Below, piece by piece: positions 46,378 through 55,735 of a DNA stretch of 64,000 nt. The notes under the pieces were generated by a model. That model made no database searches. It was not told the origin of the DNA and saw only the letters and a list, made by a program, of their open reading frames with translations. Positions within the stretch are counted from its first letter, which is position 1. Each line of letters opens with the position of its first letter. The position numbers were made by a program, and so were the translations under genes. Source of the DNA: Candidatus Nomurabacteria bacterium (GTDB lineage Bacteria > Patescibacteriota > Minisyncoccia > Phycocordibacterales > UBA9973); contig JBPOHU010000009.1 in assembly GCA_052035195.1 (NCBI GenBank), forward strand, positions 34,107 through 98,106, read 5' to 3'.

Positions 46378-47505
46378 ATGCGTATTTTACTGACAGGAGG
46401 AGGAACAGGAGGGCATGTGTACCCTTTGATTGCTATTGCAGAGGAGCTCAATCGTATTGCTGACGAAGAGAGAATATTAAACTTCAAGCTTTATTACGCT
46501 TCGAACTCTCCTTATGACAAAGAAGCTCTAGAGCGACAATTCATCACTTTTGTTCCAATAACAGCAGGGAAGCTCAGAGTTTATTTTTCATTTAAAAATT
46601 TTATAGACATTTTCAAAACTTTTTACGGAGTTTTTCGAGCTATATTTACTATCTTTCGTATTTATCCAGATGTTGTTATTAGTAAGGGTGGTTATGTGGC
46701 ATTTCCTGTTTTATTTGCCGCTAGAGTTTTGAGAATACCAGTTGTTATACATGAGTCAGATACTGTTCCAGGAAGAGTGAGTCTTTGGTCAGGCAAGTTT
46801 GCAAAACGTATCGCAGTGTCTTTCCCGGAAGCTGCTAGTTATTTTGATTCAGCTCGTGTTGCTGTTACCGGTCAGCCAGTTCGAACTTCTATCATCTCTG
46901 CAGCCAAAGAAGGTGCTAATGCATTTTTTGATATGAGTGATACTGTTCCAACTATTGGTATTTTTGCAGGAAGCCAAGGAGCAGAAGTTATCAACGATAC
47001 AATACTACGCATCCTTCCAGAACTTCTTCAGTCTTATCAAGTCATACACCAAACAGGAGAAAAGAATTTTGAAAACATCAAAAGTGATGTAAGTATTATG
47101 CTCGGGGATGATACTCATAGAACTCGTTATAAACCATTTCCTTTTCTAAATGATTTACAAACCAAAATGTTTGGTGGGGCAGTGGATGTGATTGTCGGTC
47201 GCTCCGGAAGCTCTCTTTTTGAAATGGCGGCTTGGGGCAAACCTTCTATACTTATTCCTTATGCTATTGCTCACGGAGATCACCAAAGAAAAAATGCATA
47301 TCACTATGCTCGTAGTGGCGCTTGTGTTGTTATTGAAGAATCAAACCTCACTCCTTCAGTTTTGAAAAATGAAATAGAGTCAGTCTTAACTCACAAAGAT
47401 AAACAAGAAGCCATGTCTCGTCATGCCAAAGAATTCTTCAAGTCTACTGCCGCTAGAGAAATAGCAATAGAAGCAGTTAAAATAGCTCTCGAACACGAAA
47501 AATAA
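46378..47505 (+). CDS. murG: UDP-GlcNAc:undecaprenyl-PP-MurNAc-pentapeptide GlcNAc transferase
   Basis: N-terminal ILLTGGGTGGHVYPLIAIAEEL. Confidence 0.9.
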   Translation: MRILLTGGGTGGHVYPLIAIAEELNRIADEERILNFKLYYASNSPYDKEALERQFITFVPITAGKLRVYFSFKNFIDIFKTFYGVFRAIFTIFRIYPDVVISKGGYVAFPVLFAARVLRIPVVIHESDTVPGRVSLWSGKFAKRIAVSFPEAASYFDSARVAVTGQPVRTSIISAAKEGANAFFDMSDTVPTIGIFAGSQGAEVINDTILRILPELLQSYQVIHQTGEKNFENIKSDVSIMLGDDTHRTRYKPFPFLNDLQTKMFGGAVDVIVGRSGSSLFEMAAWGKPSILIPYAIAHGDHQRKNAYHYARSGACVVIEESNLTPSVLKNEIESVLTHKDKQEAMSRHAKEFFKSTAAREIAIEAVKIALEHEK

Positions 47506-47508
47506 AAA

Positions 47509-47547
47509 AGCCTCAAAAATTCTAAATTAGACTTTTTGAGGCTTTAA
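47509..47547. terminator. Hairpin terminator after murG (agcctcaaaaa-13 nt-tttttgaggct)
   Basis: 11-bp stem; overlaps the 3' end of the minus-strand gene at 47527. Confidence 0.55.
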
Positions 47548-47859
47548 TCTTTTTGGTAAAAACCATCCCTGAATCCAAAAAAATATCGGTATTGAAAATT
47601 TTAACAAAAAAGACCCAAATATATAGACGCCTAGGTCTTCATTGATTAAGAATGCCGTAAAGAACAAGATTAATACAATGATTGCAAGGAAAGCTATAAA
47701 TTTTGAGTATCTCTTGATTTCTGTTCTTCTGATACCTGTTGGATGCTTGAAATGTTTTACCAAATATCCATGATGCGAAATTACAAGTAGATTAAAAATA
47801 TTTAACAATATTGCAAGAGCAAATATTGCCCAAGACAGGATTTCTAATAATTTTTCCAA
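47527..47859 (-). CDS. Small membrane protein (3 TM), hypothetical
   Basis: 110-aa ORF with three hydrophobic helices; preceded by terminator-promoter module 1. Confidence 0.45.
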   Translation of the reverse strand: MEKLLEILSWAIFALAILLNIFNLLVISHHGYLVKHFKHPTGIRRTEIKRYSKFIAFLAIIVLILFFTAFLINEDLGVYIFGSFLLKFSIPIFFWIQGWFLPKRLKPQKV

Positions 47860-47891
47860 GGTGTTATTTTTGTTTAATTTACACTTTTTAA

Positions 47892-47930
47892 AATTTTTGT
47901 CAAAAAAAACTCTCCCTGGACAAGGAGAGT
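47892..47930 (-). promoter_or_regulatory. Terminator-promoter module 1 (hairpin + U-run merging into TTTTTGACAAAAATT -35-like box)
   Basis: Same architecture as modules at 48342 and 48848. Confidence 0.5.
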
Positions 47931-47966
47931 TGTTATGTAAAAACTAAAACGAGAAACTTTTATAAC

Positions 47967-48326
47967 CTAGTTATTATATAGACGCCGCCTTGCTTTTATG
48001 CGGGCTTTTGTCACCATCTTTCCAATCGTATAGATTGTCACGCACAGGATGCTGGTGATAGAAAATATGGTTATTATCTTCAGGAAGAAGCCGATTTCCC
48101 AATTAGTTTTTTCATCTGTTGATATAGCAAAAAAAACAGACAAAAGAAAAATAAGTGAAAAAATTATCCAGAAGTACACACTCCACATTTTTAACAGTGA
48201 AGGAGGGAGCATTCTGTGGGATCCGGTCCATAGCCCGAAAATAAAAGAGCAGATCAAAAGCGTAATTGCTATTAAGATAGAAATTAACAAATAAGTTTCC
48301 ATGGTTAACAAGTTTTGTTTGCTCAT
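47967..48326 (-). CDS. Small membrane protein (3 TM), hypothetical
   Basis: 119-aa ORF; possibly paralogous to 47527-47859. Confidence 0.45.
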   Translation of the reverse strand: MSKQNLLTMETYLLISILIAITLLICSFIFGLWTGSHRMLPPSLLKMWSVYFWIIFSLIFLLSVFFAISTDEKTNWEIGFFLKIITIFSITSILCVTIYTIGKMVTKARIKARRRLYNN

Positions 48327-48341
48327 ATAGTACTAGAATTT

Positions 48342-48387
48342 AAATTTTTGTCAAAAAAATACCCCGCAGATTTTATTTTGCGGGGTA
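48342..48387 (-). promoter_or_regulatory. Terminator-promoter module 2 (taccccgc hairpin + TTTTTTTGACAAAAATTT)
   Basis: GC stem 8 bp, then U-run containing TTGACA, 17 nt, TACTAT. Confidence 0.5.
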
Positions 48388-48393
48388 TAGCAT

Positions 48394-48810
48394 TTAAGCT
48401 GTTTGTTTCAGTGCCAGATTATCTTTTTTGAACTTCACACTTTGAAGTTCTTTGGTTACTTCACTTTCGGCGATTTCTGTCAAAATATCCCAATCAACGA
48501 GGTGGCTGATCCTCTCTATCTCTATGTCATATCCAGGGAATGACACAAATTTGAAAACCTTGCCACCTCCTAGACCTTCATATCTTGCAGATATGAGGTT
48601 CTCAGCCAATCTCTTTTGCCAGGGTTTTGCCATGGCAATATGCTCCTGAGAAGCTTTGAAATTCTCATGAGAAAAGCGGGGTACAACAGGGTCTTTTTCA
48701 TCAAAAAAAGACAACATAAGAGGAACAGATAAAGGTTTAAAAACCCTCTTTAAGATTGCTTTGTTAGGTGTTTCTTTGGGGAATACCCACAGAAATTTCT
48801 TTTTTGCCAT
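48394..48810 (-). CDS. Hypothetical protein
   Basis: 138-aa ORF. Confidence 0.45.
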   Translation of the reverse strand: MAKKKFLWVFPKETPNKAILKRVFKPLSVPLMLSFFDEKDPVVPRFSHENFKASQEHIAMAKPWQKRLAENLISARYEGLGGGKVFKFVSFPGYDIEIERISHLVDWDILTEIAESEVTKELQSVKFKKDNLALKQTA

Positions 48811-48847
48811 AATTGGATTAGTTTTTTGTTATTCTAATACAAAAATA

Positions 48848-48890
48848 ATTTTTGTCAAAAAAAACCCTTCTTTCACGAAGAAAGTAAGGG
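48848..48890 (-). promoter_or_regulatory. Terminator-promoter module 3
   Basis: cccttctttc/gaaagtaaggg bulged hairpin + TTTTTTTTGACAAAAATTA. Confidence 0.5.
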
Positions 48891-49304
48891 TCTGTGATTT
48901 CTTGGCTTCTCTGGAAGGTTTATTGTTATAACCTCCGTTTTTAAAACATAAGAAAGCATGGGGTTTATAGCTTCTGCTATTATCCACCAATCAATAGTCG
49001 GGCCATATCTTTGCAAGCGGACACACCCTTTTTCAAATGTAATTGTTTTAAAAGGTGCCCTTTTGCCAAAACCGTCATTTATCAGCATCCCTACAAGTAG
49101 TTCTTTTATAAAATCTTTTTGCAGTTGCGTCATAAGGTCAGTATCATGGCTAAACTCGATGTAGTTGATATGGGTGACCATTATTTTTGGTTGGTTTCTT
49201 GTACCAGGAAAAATCTCCTGGTTGTGAGCAGGAACCAAAAAGGCGGTTTCAGAGCTTTTTTTACTTGGTCTCCAGGTGATTGTTAAGGTGTTACTATTTT
49301 CCAT
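48873..49304 (-). CDS. Hypothetical protein
   Basis: 143-aa ORF; its 3' end overlaps module 3. Confidence 0.45.
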   Translation of the reverse strand: MENSNTLTITWRPSKKSSETAFLVPAHNQEIFPGTRNQPKIMVTHINYIEFSHDTDLMTQLQKDFIKELLVGMLINDGFGKRAPFKTITFEKGCVRLQRYGPTIDWWIIAEAINPMLSYVLKTEVITINLPEKPRNHRPLLSS

Positions 49305-49339
49305 GAAATCAGTTTTTCATCACTTTACTAGAAAATCCG

Positions 49340-49372
49340 TTTTTGTCAAAAGTCATTTTTCTTGCTAAAGTA
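49340..49372. promoter_or_regulatory. Module 4: palindromic TTTTTGTCAAAAG core, usable as TTGACA for the minus gene at 49304 and as TTGTCA-17 nt-TAAAGT for gltX on plus
   Basis: Divergent intergenic region of 73 nt. Confidence 0.4.
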
Positions 49373-49377
49373 AACAC

Positions 49378-50826
49378 ATGGAAAATACTCAAAAAGTCGT
49401 CACTCGCTTCGCCCCGAGCCCAACAGGTTTTGTTCACATAGGAGGTATACGTACAGCTCTCTTTGCTTATCTTTTAGCTCGTAAATATGGTGGAAAATTT
49501 ATTCTTAGAATAGAAGACACGGACCGTGCTCGTGTGGTTGATGGTTCACTTGAACATATTCAAGAGTCTTTAAAATGGCTTGGTCTTAATTGGGATTTTG
49601 GACCTGACAAACCAGGATCATTTGGTTCTACTATTCAATCAGAACGTCGTGACACTTATATTCCTTGGGCACAAAAACTTATTGAAAAAGGTTTGGCTTA
49701 TCCTGACCCTTATACACCAGAAGAAGTAGAAGCATTTAGACAAAAAGCTCAAGAAGAAAAAAGAGCATTCTTATATAGAGAACATAGACCAGAAACATTT
49801 GGTGTTTGGGATGGAAAAACTGCGCTTAGATATAAGGTTCCAGAAATCAAGCGTTATGATTGGTATGATGAAGCTCGAGGAAGATTGTCAGCTGGCCCAG
49901 AAGCATTAGACGATATCATTATCATGAAAGCTGATGGCTATCCTGTTTATGCTTTTGCTCATATTATTGATGATTACAATATGGGAGTTACTCATATATT
50001 GCGCTCTGATGAATGGATATCAAGTGTTCCTCGTTTTTTGAGTTTGTATGAATCATTAGAAATACCACCTCCAATACAAGCTACTTTGCCACCGATATTG
50101 CGAGATGATCGTACAAAAAAGCTCGGAAAAAGAGATGGCGCAAAAGATGTTCTTGATTATAAAAAGGAAGGATATTTGCCGGCCGCTATACTTAACTATC
50201 TTGCGCTTATTGGATGGAATCCAGGAACAGACCAGGAGTTATTTACTCTCGAAGAGTTGATACAAGCATTTTCTCTTGATCGTATTCAAAAAGCCGGAGG
50301 AGCATTTAATGAAGAGAAACTTGATTGGTTCAACAGAGAATATATTAAGAAGCTCTCAACAGAAGAGTTTTGGGATTATGCCAAGCCTTGGATACCAGAT
50401 AATTACAAAAATACTGAGCTTGCCGAAGTATTGAAAAAACTAGAATCAATTATTCGCGACAGAATAGAGAAGTTTGCAGATGTAAAAACTTTGTTTGAAG
50501 GGGCTAGTCCTGAGCTTGCCGAAGGAGAGATGGATTACTTTTTCAAAGCTCCAAAGGTAGATGATGCGATGTTATTTTGGAAAGACTCAACTCTTGAAAA
50601 AGCTCATGAATTTCTTAAGGAAATAAAATCTATTTTGAAAGATTTAGAATCTTGGGATTATGAAAGTATCAAAGGCGCTATTTGGCCTTATGCAGACAAA
50701 GAGGGTAGAGGAGCAGTGTTGTGGCCTATGCGGGTAGCTCTTTCAGGGAAAGAGAAGTCACCAGACCCATTTGAGATAGCAAGTATTTTGGGCAAAGAAG
50801 AGACTTTGAAAAGGTTGACTTTTTAA
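49378..50826 (+). CDS. gltX: Glutamate--tRNA ligase
   Basis: VVTRFAPSPTGFVHIGGIRTALFAY N-terminus, class I catalytic core, 482 aa. Confidence 0.9.
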   Translation: MENTQKVVTRFAPSPTGFVHIGGIRTALFAYLLARKYGGKFILRIEDTDRARVVDGSLEHIQESLKWLGLNWDFGPDKPGSFGSTIQSERRDTYIPWAQKLIEKGLAYPDPYTPEEVEAFRQKAQEEKRAFLYREHRPETFGVWDGKTALRYKVPEIKRYDWYDEARGRLSAGPEALDDIIIMKADGYPVYAFAHIIDDYNMGVTHILRSDEWISSVPRFLSLYESLEIPPPIQATLPPILRDDRTKKLGKRDGAKDVLDYKKEGYLPAAILNYLALIGWNPGTDQELFTLEELIQAFSLDRIQKAGGAFNEEKLDWFNREYIKKLSTEEFWDYAKPWIPDNYKNTELAEVLKKLESIIRDRIEKFADVKTLFEGASPELAEGEMDYFFKAPKVDDAMLFWKDSTLEKAHEFLKEIKSILKDLESWDYESIKGAIWPYADKEGRGAVLWPMRVALSGKEKSPDPFEIASILGKEETLKRLTF

Positions 50827-50841
50827 ATCAAAAATGCTATA

Positions 50842-51300
50842 ATGCTAGTCGATAAACCCATTTGTTCTAAAAAAATTAAATTTATTCTTATGAGCCCTTT
50901 TGCAACTATTTCTGATATGCCTTTTTCAAAGGAAGATCGACTTGGACTGTTCTTGATCCTTATTGAATGCAGGACAGCTACAAAGGTCAATATTGATAAA
51001 GAGACAGCAGAACTTGGCCTCATCAAGATACTTTTGATGAGGATAGGTTTTTTCTTTTCAGAAATAAAAACACCAGAAGATTCAAAAACCATTTGCATGG
51101 CCGTATCAAAAACAAAAAGCTGCGCAGATGAGCTTAAGAAAGCTGTTGAAACAAAAGACCAGGTAAAATTTAAGGAATTATCAGGCTACCAACCCGTATT
51201 CCCCTTAGAAAAAAACCACGAATCACTTATTAAAATGCTAAGAGAAAAGGCTCCTAGTCTTTATAAAGATTTCGCTCCAACAGTCCTTAGGGTGGCATAG
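50842..51300 (+). CDS. Hypothetical protein
   Basis: 152-aa ORF followed by a terminator. Confidence 0.4.
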   Translation: MLVDKPICSKKIKFILMSPFATISDMPFSKEDRLGLFLILIECRTATKVNIDKETAELGLIKILLMRIGFFFSEIKTPEDSKTICMAVSKTKSCADELKKAVETKDQVKFKELSGYQPVFPLEKNHESLIKMLREKAPSLYKDFAPTVLRVA

Positions 51301-51318
51301 TGCCACAAAGAAATTACG

Positions 51319-51352
51319 GAAGCCGTTTGATATCAAACGGCTTTTTTGTTTC
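51319..51352 (+). terminator. Rho-independent terminator (aagccgtttga-tat-tcaaacggctt + T6)
   Basis: 11-bp stem. Confidence 0.8.
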
Positions 51353-51360
51353 TTGAAAAT

Positions 51361-51391
51361 AAAAATTGCACCGATTTTGCGGTGCAATTTA
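51361..51391 (-). terminator. Terminator for the 51394-51846 gene (ttgcaccg-caaaat-cggtgcaa + U-run on minus)
   Basis: 8-bp stem; forms a convergent terminator pair with 51319-51352. Confidence 0.75.
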
Positions 51392-51393
51392 CT

Positions 51394-51846
51394 TTAGTTA
51401 AGTTGGGCGTTGAAGTCTTGTTCAGTTTCGTCCTCTTTCTTCAAAGAGTACGTTGCCATATCAAACTTCAAAGATAATAAAATAATAATTTGAATAGGTT
51501 TTCCTCCTTGGATAGTACCAAAAATAACCCAGCAATCCGGAAACACTACTTTTTCAAAGAAGTAAGCCCCAGCCCTTAGTATCCCGGATGTGCTACTTTT
51601 AGAAAAAACACTTTGAGTATTTAGTTTTGAGTCAGTTGTTATCTTTGTTTTTAAAAGTTTCGGAGGAAAAGCATTTTCAATGATCAATCTCAACTTTCTT
51701 TTGCCAAATTCTGGATTATCAGGATGAGAAACTATAGCTTCCATAGGAAAAGATCTTATCAGTCCCTTTGAGAGCAGTTCGAGTTGTTCTATTTGAGACT
51801 CGAAAGATATCATGCCTGTAGAGGGGAAGGTGCCTTTTTGTATCAT
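51394..51846 (-). CDS. Hypothetical protein
   Basis: 150-aa ORF. Confidence 0.45.
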   Translation of the reverse strand: MIQKGTFPSTGMISFESQIEQLELLSKGLIRSFPMEAIVSHPDNPEFGKRKLRLIIENAFPPKLLKTKITTDSKLNTQSVFSKSSTSGILRAGAYFFEKVVFPDCWVIFGTIQGGKPIQIIILLSLKFDMATYSLKKEDETEQDFNAQLN

Positions 51847-51932
51847 TACTATAAATTTTAATGTGGTTTAAAGATATAATACAGTAAATATATAAAATGT
51901 CAAATAAAAAGAATTGTAAAAGGTTTTGAAAT

Positions 51933-52202
51933 GTGGGAGTATATAGAAATATGAAACAAGAAATTTTTCCACAAAACAACGAAGGGGTATCACTAGAAGA
52001 AGCTCTAGCAGCTATTTCAGCTGTTAACTCTGAGCTTATTGGTTTCCAAGCTAGTCAAGAAGCTTTCAATGAAGTGGCTTTACTCAAGGAGCGCCTAGAA
52101 GGAGGTGAGTCTCCAACTCTTATTATGAAAGAAGCAGAAGACCTCAGAGACCTTGCGCAGCTAGCTCATAACTCATCAGAGAGTCTAGACGTAGCTGCTT
52201 AA
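51933..52202 (+). CDS. Hypothetical small acidic protein
   Basis: 89-aa ORF with own terminator. Confidence 0.4.
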   Translation: MGVYRNMKQEIFPQNNEGVSLEEALAAISAVNSELIGFQASQEAFNEVALLKERLEGGESPTLIMKEAEDLRDLAQLAHNSSESLDVAA

Positions 52203-52220
52203 ATACATCTATTTTAAAAA

Positions 52221-52256
52221 AGCGGTTTTGACTAAAGCCAAAACCGCTTTTTTGTA
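52221..52256 (+). terminator. Rho-independent terminator (agcggttttg-actaaagc-caaaaccgct + T6)
   Basis: 10-bp stem. Confidence 0.8.
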
Positions 52257-52331
52257 TTCCAAAACATCTCTTAATCTAGCAATCTCAAAGCTTATTTTTT
52301 GGCTTGGAAAAACCCCTAAAATGTGGGATAG

Positions 52332-54746
52332 TTGTTAGATACTATGAGTCTTTACGAAAAGCTTACAAGTGCAAAAAGCGAAGAGGACGTAAAGGATGCT
52401 TACATAAAAGCTATAGGACTTAAAGACGTAAATAAAGGTCTTATTGATATTCGAACAGATCGTGTATGGTTTGAAGCCAAAGATAAAGGGAATACTACTA
52501 CTTATGAGATGTTTACTCAGCTATTACACTATGTGCAAATGGCTCGAGATAAAGGAGAAAAGATACCTGCTATTTTGTGCGTCATTGATACCAAAAAAGC
52601 AGCAATAATGAAAACAGAAGATGCTCTGCCGTTACTTGAAAAAAAAGAAATTAAATGGGGTAAATCAGCAAGTAATTATACACAAGAAGCACTTGAGATG
52701 GTTTCTACATATATTGGTACTTATTTTGTTTCATACAATATTGCAACTCACGAAAAAGAATTTATTGAAGCTATTCGTAGCGCTATTAAAACAGGAGAGA
52801 TTATTCGTACTCAGATAACCCCAGACAATCTTAAACAAGTATTTGATAAATGGATTGATATGATTGGTAAAGAGATCAAAGATGTTGATGCTGAAAAATA
52901 CTCTTTACTGTTTTTTGCTGACATTATGCACGATGGTACAGTTTCTACTCATAAGGATTTACCAGCAAGTCTTATATATAAAGACGGGGTTCCTGCATTT
53001 GCGCTTGGAGGTACCATTTATGAACTTGGTAGTAAAGAAGGTTATAGAAAGTTTTGGGCTATTTATGACAAACCACCAAAACAAGAACATAGAGATTATC
53101 TTCTCGAGAGACGTGACAGCTTGATCCCCATTGATGAGCGTAGTTTCAAAGGTGCTTATTACACACCGCTTCACGTTGTAGATAAGGCTTATGATAAATT
53201 AACCGAAACACTAGGGGATAATTGGCAACAAGAATATATTGTTTGGGATATGTGTTGTGGGGTTGGAAATTTAGAGGTAAAACATTCAAACCCTCGTAAT
53301 ATTTATATGAGTACTCTCGATGCTCCTGATATAGACGTGATGCGTGCTACAAAAACATGTGTTGCTGCTACAAAGTTTCAATATAATTACCTAAACGACG
53401 ATATCGCTGATGATGGTAAGATTGACTATAATCTTACAAACAAAGTTCCTGAAAGTTTGCGTAAGGCCATTAAAGACGGAAAGAAAATTTTAGTTTTGAT
53501 TAATCCACCATATGCAGAAGCAACTAATGCAGATAATACCTCTAAGGGTAGTGATGCTGAAAATAAAACCGGAGTAGCAAAAACAAAATTTGCCAAAACA
53601 GCAATGGGTGAATATGGAAAGGCAAGTAATGAACTCTTTACACAATTTATTGTTCGAATCGCACAAGAAATACCAACAGCAACTTTAGCAATTTTTAGTA
53701 AACTTAAATATATTAACTCTCAAACACTTGATGTTTTTAGAGATAAATGGAACTCTAGTTATTTAGGAGGTTTTATAGTTCACAGTAAAGCATTCGATGG
53801 TTTAAAAGGGGAGTTTCCAATCGGCTTTCTTATTTGGAAAACATATTCAAGTATAGACGGCAAGACACCTATAATTAAAATTACTACAGAAGTTTTAGAT
53901 AAGAATGCAAGACCAATCGGAGAGAAAACTTTTTATAATTTATCCAGCGACCAATTGTTAACTAATTGGGTAGTAAGACCAAAAGCAAATAAAATAGATA
54001 CTGTTCCTTTAAAAAATACTATAACACCAGCTACTTCTGATAAGGATTTACGTGGTACAAAGTGGTCTGATAATGCGATTGCTTGGTTAAATTGTCCTGG
54101 TAATGAAACACAACAAACAAATTCAATAGCACTACTATCTTCAGGTTTTAGTAGCGGTAGAGGATTCTTTCTTAATAAAAATAATTTATGGCAGGCATCA
54201 ATTATTTTTACTGTTCGTCGTATTATAAAACCGACTTGGCAAAATGATCGGGATCAATTTTTGCAACCAACAGGTGAGCTTAGTGAAGAATTTAAAAATG
54301 ATTGTTTAGTCTGGATGCTTTTTAATGGAAGTAATCTCACCGCAAGTGCAAATGACCTTGAGTGGAATGGAAAAAAGTGGAGTATTGTAAATCACTTCAT
54401 ACCTTTTACTGAAGAAGAAGTTATAGCTACTGGTCGTTTTGAATCTAATTTCATGGTTGAGTATATGAAAGGGAAGGAATTTTCATCAGAGGCTCGTGCT
54501 GTAATCGAAGAAGGTAAGAAGTTGTGGCAAGCATATTTTTCACACACAGATGAGAGAAATGTAAGAGACGAACTTAAACTCAATCGTCCTGATGTAGGAT
54601 GGTATCAAATAAGAAACGCCTTAAAGAAACGTAATGAAAGCGCTGATTTGCCACCAGTGAGTTTTTCTAGTTTTGAAAAAGCATACAAAGAACTTTCACA
54701 AAAATTAGAACCACAAGTCTACGAATTAGGTTTTCTTAAAAAATAG
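52332..54746 (+). CDS. Type IIL (MmeI-family) restriction-modification enzyme: N-terminal PD-(D/E)xK nuclease, gamma-class N6-adenine methyltransferase, C-terminal target-recognition domain
   Basis: D..x..WFEAKDKG nuclease motif near residue 40-55; AYYTPLHVV (motif X), DMCCGVGNLE (motif I), LINPPYAEAT (motif IV NPPY); order and spacing mirror MmeI. Confidence 0.75.
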   Translation: MLDTMSLYEKLTSAKSEEDVKDAYIKAIGLKDVNKGLIDIRTDRVWFEAKDKGNTTTYEMFTQLLHYVQMARDKGEKIPAILCVIDTKKAAIMKTEDALPLLEKKEIKWGKSASNYTQEALEMVSTYIGTYFVSYNIATHEKEFIEAIRSAIKTGEIIRTQITPDNLKQVFDKWIDMIGKEIKDVDAEKYSLLFFADIMHDGTVSTHKDLPASLIYKDGVPAFALGGTIYELGSKEGYRKFWAIYDKPPKQEHRDYLLERRDSLIPIDERSFKGAYYTPLHVVDKAYDKLTETLGDNWQQEYIVWDMCCGVGNLEVKHSNPRNIYMSTLDAPDIDVMRATKTCVAATKFQYNYLNDDIADDGKIDYNLTNKVPESLRKAIKDGKKILVLINPPYAEATNADNTSKGSDAENKTGVAKTKFAKTAMGEYGKASNELFTQFIVRIAQEIPTATLAIFSKLKYINSQTLDVFRDKWNSSYLGGFIVHSKAFDGLKGEFPIGFLIWKTYSSIDGKTPIIKITTEVLDKNARPIGEKTFYNLSSDQLLTNWVVRPKANKIDTVPLKNTITPATSDKDLRGTKWSDNAIAWLNCPGNETQQTNSIALLSSGFSSGRGFFLNKNNLWQASIIFTVRRIIKPTWQNDRDQFLQPTGELSEEFKNDCLVWMLFNGSNLTASANDLEWNGKKWSIVNHFIPFTEEEVIATGRFESNFMVEYMKGKEFSSEARAVIEEGKKLWQAYFSHTDERNVRDELKLNRPDVGWYQIRNALKKRNESADLPPVSFSSFEKAYKELSQKLEPQVYELGFLKK

Positions 54747-54751
54747 TTTTT

Positions 54752-55555
54752 ATGACTAAGCATTATTATTTATATATTGATGATTCAGGATCAAGGTTTC
54801 CGGATAAAAATTCTGAAAAAAGAAATGATGGAATGGATCATTTTGCTTTAGGTGGAATTTTAGTTGAGAGTAATAATAGAGATGTTTTAAAGAAAAAATA
54901 TATTGAATTTTGTCAAAAATGGCAAATTCATTACCCTTTACATTCAACTGAAATTAGAGGAATGAGAAGAAGTTTTTCTTGGCTTGAAAAAAGCTCAAAA
55001 CAAAAAGATAAATTTTTAGAAGAACTAACTAATTTTTTAGTAGAGATTCCAGTTATAGGTTTTGCCGCAGTTATTCATAGGCCCGGGTATAATTTTCGCT
55101 ATAAATATAAATACGGAGATAAAAGATGGTGGATGTGTAAAACAACTTATTCAATTTTAATTGAAAGAGTTTCAAGGTATGTCAAAGATAATAATGGAAC
55201 TTTTGAGATTAGATTTGAGGGCGTTGGACCGAAAGAAGATAAGGCTATTATTCAGTATGCAAAAGATCTAAAAAATATAGGATCACCTTTTGATCCTTTT
55301 ACTTCTAATAAGTATAATCCTTTAAAAAAAGAAGATTATAAAAAAATTATTTTAGGAGAACCAAGGCAACGTTTTAAAGAAAATTTATTTATACAAATAG
55401 CAGATTTATATTTATATCCTATGGTAAAAAGAAAATATGACCCGTCATATAAATCATGGAATATTTTATTTGATAATAAAAAAGTGATAGATTCTTTTGT
55501 AGAAGAAATAGATTTAAATGATAAAGGAATTAAATATAGTTGTTTTGACTTTTAG
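54752..55555 (+). CDS. DUF3800 family protein
   Basis: N-terminal YLYIDDSGS plus conserved His/Asp positions characteristic of DUF3800; 5 nt downstream of the RM gene. Confidence 0.6.
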   Translation: MTKHYYLYIDDSGSRFPDKNSEKRNDGMDHFALGGILVESNNRDVLKKKYIEFCQKWQIHYPLHSTEIRGMRRSFSWLEKSSKQKDKFLEELTNFLVEIPVIGFAAVIHRPGYNFRYKYKYGDKRWWMCKTTYSILIERVSRYVKDNNGTFEIRFEGVGPKEDKAIIQYAKDLKNIGSPFDPFTSNKYNPLKKEDYKKIILGEPRQRFKENLFIQIADLYLYPMVKRKYDPSYKSWNILFDNKKVIDSFVEEIDLNDKGIKYSCFDF

Positions 55556-55563
55556 GTATAAAG

Positions 55564-55594
55564 CAAAAATCCTGAGTTTCCTCAGGATTTTTTG
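55564..55594 (+). terminator. Rho-independent terminator (aaaatcctgag-tttc-ctcaggatttt + T-run)
   Basis: 11-bp stem. Confidence 0.8.
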
Positions 55595-55735
55595 CCGGCT
55601 CGCAAACGCGAACCCCCGGGCAATGCCCATGTCTACATATTAACAGAATATGTAAAAAAATCAATAGCTGTGTGGATAACTTAATTATCTCTAAAACCAT
55701 GGTATTAGTCATATTCTTTTATATACTAAATAAGT

